A stretch of 64,000 nucleotides of DNA from Balanoglossus misakiensis. Lineage: Eukaryota; Animalia; Hemichordata. The DNA lies in NCBI GenBank assembly GCA_040954595.2, contig CM082576.2, forward strand, positions 12,837,129 through 12,901,128, read 5' to 3'. Of the stretch, positions 26,701 to 64,000 are shown piece after piece. How positions within the stretch are numbered: position 1 is the stretch's first letter; every line of letters begins with the position of its first letter. The notes beneath the pieces are model-generated. The model was given only the letters and a program-made list of their open reading frames with translations, was not told the origin of the DNA and did not search any database. A program made the position numbers and the translations under genes.

Positions 26701-28662
26701 AAAACAAACTTTAAGGTAATCAGTCTTAAACTGTTTTCCATACTTTGCCCAAGGCAACTTAAGCATCACATTTCCAGATACCTACAAACCCAATTTTGCA
26801 ACAGTTATCCAAATTTTCAGTTTTGACCCTTTTCAAAATTTCAGCTCATTTGCATATTTTTGGTACAAGAAACTTCATTTGAACAAAATCTAATGTACAG
26901 TCCAGCATGTCCCTCACACTTTATTTCAATGTGAAATTAAGTGTGTGTACATACATACATACGTACATACATACATGTACATGTATGGACAGACACAGAA
27001 CAATCATACAAACACCAACTGATCCAATCAGCTCCCACTAATACATGTATATCTACCAAACGAGAGCTAAAACTTAGAATTATCTGAAGGTGTTTGACAG
27101 AAACAAAGGTTTGAACCACTGCAACTTTCTGTCTATGATTTGTCAAGTTTTGTTACTAGTATCATTGTATCCTTCAGTGATGTGAAAATAATCAAGTTTA
27201 TCTCACAAAACAACTTACAGTAAAATCATTTTCTCAACAATGAAATTTGGCATTTTTTACTTTGAAGCACACAAAAATACCAGCATAAAAGTACAGAATT
27301 TTTCTTCTTTTTCTATTACAACGTTCTGTCTATCGGTTGAAAAAAGTTCATATTTTCATTCACACTGGATCTGTCACCCACCCATCTGCTCTCCAAGATA
27401 ATTTGTGGTGAAAGAGACAAGCTGATCTCCGGAAAACACATAACACAGAGAGAGACAATGAATTTAAAATTCAGGTTGTCCTTCTAAGTATTATAAGTTC
27501 AGGCAAGTGTAATACTGTTCACTTCGCGCAGACTCTCTGGTGGAACTGCACGGTGCTTGGGCAGACACAAATCGTGTAGCTCTGATTGACACAGAGTTGT
27601 CGTTTTGATTTGAGTTGAAGAAAAATTCGAGAAAAAGCACTATTCGGAAGAGTAAAGCATAGTTTTGGAAACCATCTCTCTTTGGGACTTTTTCCCCACA
27701 AATTCATGAGCTGTCCTTTACATAATTATGTCAATCTACTTCCTGACACGACAATCCATGTTCAAACCAGATAAATAACAACAAATGTATTTGGCACATT
27801 TTCTTCCCTACGTAACTAAATTCCATCGATCAAAGTAACACACAAAGAGCAGCCTCAATCAGGAAACAACGATAATCAAGTCAGAAAGCAGTTGAAATTT
27901 CATTTTAAAAAAAAGGAACCACACTGAAGGTGAGTGAGACAACTTGGCAGCATTCATGTAAAATTTTATACCCCGAAAAATTGAATTTCACTTTAACACG
28001 TTCAATTTCAGCTTTTACACGTCCTTAAAAAGATTATGAAATATCAAGTCCAGCAGAGAATCTCTGCTTGCTTCCCCTAGCACACATTGGCTGGCTGGTT
28101 ATTTAAAGAGAACTTTCCCATGAAGGTTTTTTTTCTTACGTTTTTAAAAAACTCTGTAATACTGAGCCAGTAATTTCCTCTGCGACAAAATACCATTGCA
28201 AATTTTCCCGTTTCTTGATAACTTACATTGAGTGCACTATACAGTACATGGTTTTGAATTGTGTTGATTTTGTTTTTGTTTTTTTTGCCTTGAGACAACA
28301 CAGTGCAAACAAACACTGGAGTGGTGGTGTCTCCATGGAAACACTGCACAACACTGTTCCAGCTGATATGGCACATAACTTGAGGGGAGAAAAACAGACT
28401 GACCCATCCGATACTTGCTTAATAATCGCACCTTAGATTAAAAGGCTGGTGATATAACACACACGGCCGTGCCGCAAACATTTCATCAGCCCCTTTGTGC
28501 CACGCCCGTCTGAAGATCAGACAACCACTGACGGCAAGGCGCAAGCACCTCTGTCGTCGTTCGCAGCACCTTGATCGGGAAGACGTTCAGAGAAAAAAAA
28601 AGGTTTCGATTCTGATTGGTCAAGTTTGTGGTCGGTCGCCGTTTGGCGGCTGCAGGTTTTTT

Positions 28663-54431
<25,769 letters not shown>

Positions 54432-55609
54432 CTGGAAGACAAAAGAGGAACAGAATACATGTACGTCTTGAGAAAAGTGAGAACAGAAGATGTACATGTC
54501 GTAATATAGATATGTCTGCTGACAAATGGCGATTTGATCAAGTGTGTCTGACAATAAATGAGTTAAAGTACGATGTGGTATAAAATGATACAAGTTATTT
54601 TACGGGGAGCACTGCATCAGTCAAATAATTACTTAATGTCAACAGTGAAAGAAAAAGAAACACAGCATTACATGCACATTATGATCTATAAATTTCTAAA
54701 AAGTGTTTTTTGATCACTGAGTGAGTAGTTTTCCCCAGTGACATGCTATACCGGTAACACATCATTATTTCATGATTTACAGACAACCACCCTTGTAAGG
54801 AAGAAACTTTCATGAATAAATACATGTAGATAGCTTCCCTTTGATATGTGTGTGAGTGATTTTTTGTACACAGGTATGTATAAAGTGTGAATTTTTATTA
54901 CAGACAGTAACTCATAGAAGTTTAGATGGGGTTAGGGGTGGGGATAGGGCTGGTGGTAACAGCATGGTTTGCATGATGGGTGCTCCAATTTTCTGCAGAC
55001 TTCCAATTTGTGAAGCATTCACCCAACATCAGCCCAGTCGGCATTGCGAAGAAATCCAATCAAACCAGGAATGTAATGCAGATACTGATACATAAGAGAG
55101 AAAAAAATGGATGTCACCAGAAGGTGCCTTTCAATCATGACTGTACGAGTTCACAATCTAACATATGTGGCATCGGGCAAAACGTACACCTATGCTGTGT
55201 GTTTCTGATGCCACTGAAAGATACAGGGGTGTAATTGGTAATGGGGAGAAAGCGCATCAATCAACCACAGTAGTCACTTTACCCCCATCCCCACTGAGGC
55301 ACTGCCTGATCAATCATCAGAGCCCCCTTCCATTTACTGGAGATAGGTGGGGGTTGATGTACTTTCACTAGCTGACCTTTAACCTCTGTGGAACAGTGAC
55401 GCTGAGAGGCAGCAGCTACTGGTTTTGAGCAATGTGAATGGCTAGTTAGGGGGAACTGATTGCACAAGTATTACAAATTACAATTACATGTTTGTCAGTG
55501 AAATATATCAGAATGCTAGCTGAAATAGGATGCCATGCGTAAAGCATGAAAGTTCAAAACTTGCATAGTTGGTAAAAAACATTCCCACTTCACAAAACAT
55601 GTTAGTGGC

Positions 55610-55722
55610 AACCTCTATATAAGAGAACATTACATGTAATTGACCTGTCTATAAAGGCTACCTGTCTATAAAGGCCAGTTTAGGAAAGTACCTTGACTGG
55701 CCACTATAGACAGGTTTGACTC
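55610..55722. repeat. MITE fragment with internal acctgtctataaaggc duplication and inverted tatagacaggt
   Basis: Direct copies at ~55643 and ~55660, and an inverted copy at ~55705. Confidence 0.5.
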
Positions 55723-58700
55723 ACTGCATCTATCATTCACTTGCCATAAAAAAATCGAAACCAGTTCCTGAACACCTTTACGTACATGTATGCACATCAC
55801 AAATACCACTACCTGATCACATATATGCAGATCAGGTTTCCAGGTCAGGGTACGTACATTTACATGCTCGCATTCAAATTGAACGTCTATACACCGAGCC
55901 ATATTACTCATGATAATGCAAACTCCCTTTTCCATCAACGATCAAAATACCACTGTCCCTCAATTCTGATTTCATAAATATTCAATTTCTCTGCCAAGTG
56001 TGTTCCTGCGTGACTCATTTATGAGTTGATCGGTGAAGAGAGAGTGTAACACCAAAATAATTGGCACTTTGCTTAATTTAGAGGTTATCTACTTGTAAAT
56101 GCCATCATTGGATTGGCACTGCAAAGCTACTTTGCACAGTGAGATATTTTGAGCAGATACGGTATGTGTGAGGGCTTAAAAGATTATCAAGTCATGCATT
56201 TTATAAAGGGATATTTCTCAAATCCAGGAAACTGCTAAGTCTTACATAGTGAGCGCCGAAGGCATGCATTAGAGCTACATCAGTAACTACTGACAGGAAA
56301 AATATTTGATATTATGCTTCAGATTTTCACATTCTGACAATACTTCTTGATCAGGAACTGTTGTCAATGGTAATTGCGTCCACTCCAAATTAAAGGGACA
56401 AAGTCTCTCTCTCTCGCTGCCCTTTTTCCATTAATATGTTTGATACAAGACGCTGTTTATGTTATTCTACATGTGGATATATAGTGAATCAACGTTCGAC
56501 CTCACACCAATCAAATTGAAAGTATCATAAATTATTATAAATGCCTATAGCTGGTAGTAATATCGCATTAAAACTTCATAATATACAAGTACAGTTAATT
56601 TCTAATTATATTACACATTGACATATGTACAAGTTATACAAGTATTGCCAAATTCAGTGCTTGATTATCTAAATTAAATAATAACTGTAACATGTCATGA
56701 CAGGCCTTCTGAGACAATGTATTAATGAACAGCAAATTGATTTGCATTTTCTATAACGATATCAACCTTTTTATATTATGACATTTTTTTTTACAATTTC
56801 TGATCCTCCTATATAACTGCCAAAAGCAAGAAATAAGTTTATTGACCCTCACTGTCTGCCACCCATCACTGGAAAACAATTCCGGTGTGTGTGGAATTAT
56901 GTTCCACTGTTGCCATGATGATGAATAGCAGCAATTTCAAGAAGCATTTTCCGTCAAATGTAATTAAGAGCGGCGTACAAAGCCAGCGGCGACCTCTGAC
57001 CCACAGAATACCGCACTTTTCAATAACAAATTACTGATCATACAAGGGACTGCGGAGAGAAGATTGAGAGGAGAGGCAACAGCTGATGATAGACCAGAGC
57101 AACATATTGCACAGAAGTGTTTTGTTGTGTTTAGTAAATGAAATTCACAATGAAGCGACGTGTGACAATATGGCAACTGCAATCAACACTCCATCCGCTG
57201 CTGGGTGATTTCGGAAGCACCGTGGTATATTACCCGGCTAACATGAAGTGGTTCTTACGCTGAAACAAATTCATCGCTGCAATCCAATATTTTGCGTTTC
57301 TGTATCTGACCGATGGCGATACTGTCCCTTCATTTGGACTGCAGCTTCATTGAGTGCAGTATGCAATAAGCATTCTATAAATAAATTGCTTGTTTGATTA
57401 TTTTACAATGAAAATACCACATTGCATTTATCAAGTTCTGCCGGTGATGAGGCTATTTTGTCTCCTTTGAACTGAAAACTTGTACTGTCTAGTGACAGGT
57501 TTATGAGTGTTTGCTTTTTATCATTGACTGACTTAAAGTTGCATAAAATGGCACTTGGTATTTGTAATCTGTTGCACTGCAGTAAAACTTGGTATTTGGA
57601 ATTTACGGGTCTGCTAAAATAAATTTATATACTTCCCTCGCTGCCTCTGTACCTACGCCCCCCTAAAATCCATAGAATATGTTTTTGTTCCTTCCTAATA
57701 AACCTGGTGAAATACTAATAGATTTTATGGGTAATCGTGTGCCCCCATACCTCCAATGGCCAACAACCCATGGGTTCTGATTTTATTTTTTGTCTACATG
57801 TACATGCTCATAGTTGTGCAGCACAGTTCCAATTTCTACAACGCAGTGTTCTACATTGGCATATGGCATGATGTTAATGTGTTTACAATTTTTGAAGGAT
57901 TGATTTTTTTCCAGATGTTTTCGTATATTTCCTGATTATAAAATTAGATTTGCACATTTATTGGCAATTTACCTCCGGAAAAGCAGCGGGCACTGGGCAC
58001 TTCTTGTCGATGGAAAAGAGAACTGTGTCATAAATAACTTTTCTGTTCAAAGAAAACATCTTTGGACCTTTACAAGTACTTGGGGTTATGATGGGAATCT
58101 GAGGTTACTGCTTGTAGTAAGTAAGCCCTTAAATCCATGTTATGATTGCACTTCACAGCAATGACCCTGTCCTACTTTCAGATACGTGTATACAGATGGT
58201 GCAACTGCCCCGTTATAACACATTATTCCGGGAAAATTGAGCGAACCTAAGTCTGCTTCGGGCGACCACATTCCAGGGGAGTGCGCGGAATGCCCGGTAT
58301 GCAAATCAACGCCACATTCGAATGCGATAAACTGTCAGAGTGGTCAACTTTGAAGTTTAAAGTGGCGATAATCTTAGATGTGGACACTTCACCCACTGCA
58401 GGCAATCAGCTCAATGTAGGTGGTGTACCGCTACATCGGCTGGGAATGGGGGGGGGGGGGGGTATTTAATCTGCCCATGTCACTGCTAACAACTTGGTAC
58501 TGATTAGCCTGACTGACGGATTGCAAACAGACTGGAATTTTTTCCTGTCTTGAGTGCAATCAGGTCATCTTAGCTTGCGTTAACAGACCGCACTATTTGC
58601 GACATATTGCAACTGAATATATAGGTCTTTGGTATCATCTCTCACCCAATTATGATTGAACAGTGGCACTTGCACTGCATGCTCTGCAGGGGTCAGAGGT

Positions 58701-61700
58701 CAACTACAAGTTCACCATAGTGATGCGGCTCAGGATTGTAACTCCCCAGTTGTAACTGCGAGAGGTGTCGGCCGGCGAAACTCGAGAAATCTCTGGTCGT
58801 GGTATTGCGATAATGCTAATTGCTAGCTGGCACTCTGAGGCAGCAATAATTAGGAAATATATGAGTAGTGCTATGATATGCCTGGCATTCTATAATTGCC
58901 CATACAGTCTCTGTGGATGGTACAGTGCAGGTGCAGGTGACCAATGACCATGAAGGGACAGAATGATCTCTCCACTCAGACCAGACACAGTGCTCATTTG
59001 ATGTGAAATAACCTTCACCCAATTTCATCAATTCATAGCATACAGTCACTTTCTCAGCCAAACAGGTGAATTCTCCATTCAATTGTACTGTAACCTTCTA
59101 GACCAATCACAGGCAAGTCTGAAATACTAGTAGTCAATCGCAGAGTTGCAAGGAAAGCAGATGTGTTGGGCAGGACAGTACGATCATAAAAGACTGACTG
59201 GGCCCATACGTCTGATTTTTATCAAATTGGTGAATTTGTATTCACCTGACTGGCCAAACAATAAATCTCTCATAAATTTACCTATATATTGTATATTGAG
59301 AATATACTCTATAGTACATTTCCATTACTTTCACACACCCAGATTTTCATGCAGTGGTAATTAGAATGTATGTATACACACTGTTTTATATGGGATGATC
59401 AAACGCACCACTCCTGTACATGGCAAACTATATGCATTTTAATCCAGAAATGTCTAGACTGCAAAATTGAGGTAAATTTCGCTTCAGGAACCTATCATGT
59501 CCGATCACTGTAAATCACATCAACCACATCGGAATAGAAAAAGAAAAAGTATGCCACGCCCACTTGATATGTTTCACAAACAGTCTATGGAAAGAAAATT
59601 GATTTTCTCAATATTTCATAATCCCTTGCAAGGCCACACAGTAGTTAAACTTTTTTTTTCAAAAAATGTTTCAATCTTGAGAAAACCATAGGCTCAATGC
59701 TCACGGATAAAAATCAAAACGAAACGAAAACAGAAAGTGCTTGTAATGCAAAAAAAGAAGGTAAAGGGTAATAAAACACATCCCCCAGATGCAGGGTAAT
59801 GGTAAGTACATCAGGGATGAGGTTATCCTGTAAGGTCATATCGTTAATTTCACACACCACTCAGATAACAAATTTAAAATTCACAAATAGTATTTTGCAT
59901 CAACATCACAGCTGGATGATAAAAAATAGGGAGGAAATAATTAGAATTTCTTCATACTTCATAATGAGCACGACATAAATACAAGATACCACAGAATTTT
60001 TGTTATTGATTTTGAATTTTTTTTTAGAGACAACGAAAAAAGAGTGGCCTCTGAAAAAGTGAACGGAATATATTACAGATGCAAACGTACGCTGCAGATT
60101 AAACAGGTTTTCAATTTCCGTATTTCAAGGCAAACCGTCATTTGCCAATTGTAGGCAATGTGCCAAATTGGAATTGCCCGAGGCGGACTCGTGCTGGTGC
60201 AGGAACAAGCAAACAGATACAGAAACAGATACTATCCAACATGAGAGAGATTGATGCACAAATCGAACATCCACAGTTTGTCAAATTTATTGCATTCTTT
60301 ATTTGCCACGGCGGGGTAATATTTTCCGCGACAACAGCGATGTGTCTGGCAAGCTCCTTCAATAATGTCTATTTTGAGAGTTGCCTTGTTTTCTTGTCTA
60401 CGGAAAGATAGTAACATTTCATTTCCAGTGTAGTGTGAAACATCGCATGAAGGGACTCAAACTGGGGTGTGTGTGTGTGTTTGGTGTAGCACAAAATGTG
60501 ACAAGCAGTAATTGGCCATTTCCGCGATCCCACACGACCTTGCACATCTGGTCAATTGCGTCAGTCGGAATCTGCCAGTCAACTCAGCGAGTCGTCCGTG
60601 GTGCTATATTCAGCCTGTGTACTGAACCGCAAATCCAACGATGTCATCTCGGAACAAAAATGTTGCACATTTTGCGCTTTGAGCCAGAAAAGTTGAACAT
60701 TGAAAGAATCAGAAAGAGTATCTAATGATGGCAATCATTGAAAACATACGCTGCAATGAAGACACCCTGAAACTGATCAGTGATTGGCCAATTTCCAATG
60801 ATGCGTTTACTCATGAATATTCAAATGTCCTACACTCCTGGTGTCCTACACTAATGGTGCAACTCTATCTAAAGAGACATCTACATTAAAATGACCAAAT
60901 AAATACATGTCACGATGTATGATTGCACAGCACAATTACTTTTCAGTATTGAGTTTTAAAAGTCACCTTTCCTCACATTTCATTTCCGGTATGTTTTCCC
61001 AGAGTGATAATATTTTAATAACTTACAACTATAACATGTTGGGGCCTGAAGTAAACATGCCGGTACGCACAACCAACCCAATGTTCAGTTTGATCTTTAA
61101 AAATAAACTATACCAGTACTTGTACATTGTAATTGCAAAAGACAAAAATAGGACAGCGCATTAATTTATCGGTAAATCTATCTTGGGTCCGAGAATAATG
61201 AAGTATCTGACCCTTGGATTTAGAAAACACTTTTTGAGTGATATGTGAGACGCTCGCACTTAAAACCAATCGAAATAACTGTTAAAAGCTCATGATTAAA
61301 AACAAAGCCCCCTCATCACGATGACAGTTTTGAATATTTTGTTTCAATTTTAAGTGGCAACGAGGTTAAACGTATCACACTCCACACCACACATGAATTT
61401 TATAGCACAGATCCATTGCAATTGCACACAATGTCGGACATAAAGATTTATTTGCCAGTGCAGATAAATTTTACTTGCAAATGTTGACAGTACAGACATT
61501 TTCTCTCTGTGCACAGAAATGGTGAGCCCTGACTTCTTGGTACATCATACATGTAGGTACAGCCTTGTATCACAATTGTTTACAGATATGGTAATTCAAT
61601 TCGCATTTTCCAAAATATACAAAGAATTTTTACAAATCTGCACATTCTTCAATTTCTTTTAAATGAAGCAAATTACAAATCCATCTAACAGCTCGGTTGC

Positions 61701-64000
61701 CATGTGAACAGGTTTTCTGATGATGCCGTGAGTTCAGGTTACAGAAGCCCTGAAATGTAGGCTAAGCCTGGCATCAATGTACGAGAACTGACGTGCAATT
61801 TAGAACAGCCTTAAATATGTGACGAGCACTGTGATTGGAGCAACACACTTTGAGCCAGGTATTTACAATTACTTGTGTTTTTTTTCCTAACCATTCCCTT
61901 GAGACTCTTGGCGAGAAACAAGATGAATTTCCCAGGTGGCACTTTGATATCAAATATCAACCAGTCCATATTAACATATTTTGACATTTCATGACATCAA
62001 ATATCAAACAGCTAGGCTTCGTCCGGCTCTATTTCATCAGAGCCCGTATTTCTTTTTATACTTTTTTTTTACCCTGTTGGAATTCTTTCCATGGCAGCTG
62101 GGTTTCCGGGAAACAACACGAACTCCGTCTGCTCCACAGAGACTTTCCCGTATTTATGGGAAGATGTGGGAATCTATTCATGAAGCATCAGAAATGTCAC
62201 TGAAAGGGCTCCTTTTCTTCCAAAATCTAAAAATAAATCAGGGGGGGGGGGCACTCTGGGGGGCGTATCGCAACAATTGAAGTACGATCATGATAACACA
62301 CTGATTTTTCATGAACTATTTTGTAGTAAACACTTTGCAGGTGACACCACTGTTTAGGAATGATTTGGCCCAAATCTCACACACTGAGACATTTTTTCCT
62401 CCATGCTGACACAAGACACAGGCAAATCATTGCGATGAAAAAAGCTACCATAGAAAACGCTCTTTTGTACAACTTATGTTGACGTGTCCAAGATATTTAT
62501 AAGATACTGTTTCTTTGTCTACCAAACCAGCATACAACCTGGTAACTGTCAAACTTTTCTTCACAAAATCAAACGACGAATCGTCTCAAATGTTCACACT
62601 TCTGACTCAGCAGCTCAGCCTAAGAGAAAAAGTACTGAACACACCCTGTCATTCCCATGGTTTGGTCCAAATCCATTATTTTCTACGGTAAAGTTGGACA
62701 GGGACATCTAACAAAGGGGTGGAAGAGTTAATAAATTCATTTCCAGTTGGTCACTTCAAGCTGTCACAAGACAGAATCATCAGACAAGAAGCATGAATAG
62801 AAAGTATTGAGATCATTATGTTGGTCAGGTTCACACTGAGCTCACCCAGATCCACTCGGAAATTCATAATTTATTCAGAGAGACCCGTGGGAATTTAGGG
62901 AAAGAATTACGTGCCGGTGTCTACATGAGTAGAGAAAATGATAAGAGAAACATTTGTAGATGTTTGCTTTTGAGCATTATATGCCATTTAAAAAAACACA
63001 CCCTTGGGTATAGAATGGCTAATAGGTATTGTAATTTTCACTGCAATAAATGTTGTCAATCAGTGGTACCAACATCACTCAGCAAATAAAAATACCAGTA
63101 TTTCTCTGTTCCATAATACTTTTCAGAGTTATTTACCCCGATGCATTGTGGTCCATATCAATACCAAACCACTCAAGAAGTGCTAAAAAAGACTGCAGCA
63201 CTAGCAATAAAGAACCAAATCAGGCTAATGGATTGGCACACCCAGACACTGGACTACAGGAGCGCAGAGGAATGCAAAACAAAAACCGATGAGGGAAAAA
63301 TTGACCTAGATTTCCTACCCGTCTCATAATTGTTTGATGAATTTTGGCAGTTCGTGAATCGATTAACGTGCCATTTTGGCAGTAATTGAATCAGGCACGG
63401 CTCTTTCAGTATAATCATAATCACATCACGTCATGAAAGATTGATTCATCTACATCGCCTACTTAACTCAACCCGGCCTTTTCACCTGGCATTGAATTTG
63501 ACCCACAAAATTGCAAGTAAATGTCACTTGGGTGGAGGCCATAGGAGGTGATCAGGGACGTGCACACAACTGATAGGGCCATAAGGATCCAGCCCGGGGT
63601 TTGAAAATCGCTGCCAAAGATCAGCAAACTGGTTTTATGACAGGCCATTACCGGCCAGAACATGTATCCAAAGCCACATGGTTACAGGAACAAGCACACA
63701 ATCTCTCTCTCGCGCTGCGGCAAAATGTCAAAGTGGCATCTGGTGCAGGTAGATTCTGGGAAACCATCAGCTGCTGCATACATGTCAAATGTATTTGCAA
63801 AGCCTCTGCAGCTTATCGCATTTGGGAAATGAAACAGTTATTCAGGCCACGAATCAAGAGCCACCACAGTATTGTGGAATTCATATAAAAAAAACAATCT
63901 AAATATATACGTGTATTACTTGGGTCAAATAATAACTATATGCATATTCCTGGCATATGCTCCAGTGGGAATTGTCTTTCACAAGCTTTTCCCAATGATG

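Noticed and set aside
54432-64000. Upstream PACS exons (GSKRxLRS...TFSLQ) or a nested gene
   Set aside because: No matching peptide or convincing exon was found. The short ORFs look random, so I treat the region as one long intron.

Overview
Eukaryotic, intron-rich genomic DNA from an invertebrate animal. A deuterostome such as a hemichordate is my guess from the repeat style; it is not proven. Manual splicing with phase checks gives four protein-coding genes. (1) The 5' three exons of an STPG4/C2orf61-like sperm-tail PG-repeat gene (- strand), which runs off the left edge. (2) A complete 5-exon invertebrate-type calmodulin (- strand, 149 aa) directly upstream of it, the same tandem arrangement as human CALM2-STPG4. 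(3) A complete 8-exon, 345-aa stand-alone seven-bladed FG-GAP/BBS2-like beta-propeller gene (+ strand) that I cannot name, with a probable GC-AG first intron. (4) Seventeen exons of a PACS (phosphofurin acidic cluster sorting) gene (- strand, 5' end outside the window), with two candidate 33-nt frame-preserving microexons. Upstream of calmodulin is a 1.3-kb internally deleted Kolobok-type DNA transposon with TTAA target sites, TIRs, and convergent THAP and P2X7-ballast/KolX-like remnants. The rest is MITEs, microsatellites and decayed repeats. No rRNA, tRNA or CRISPR was seen. All homology calls come from recalled sequences; no search was run.
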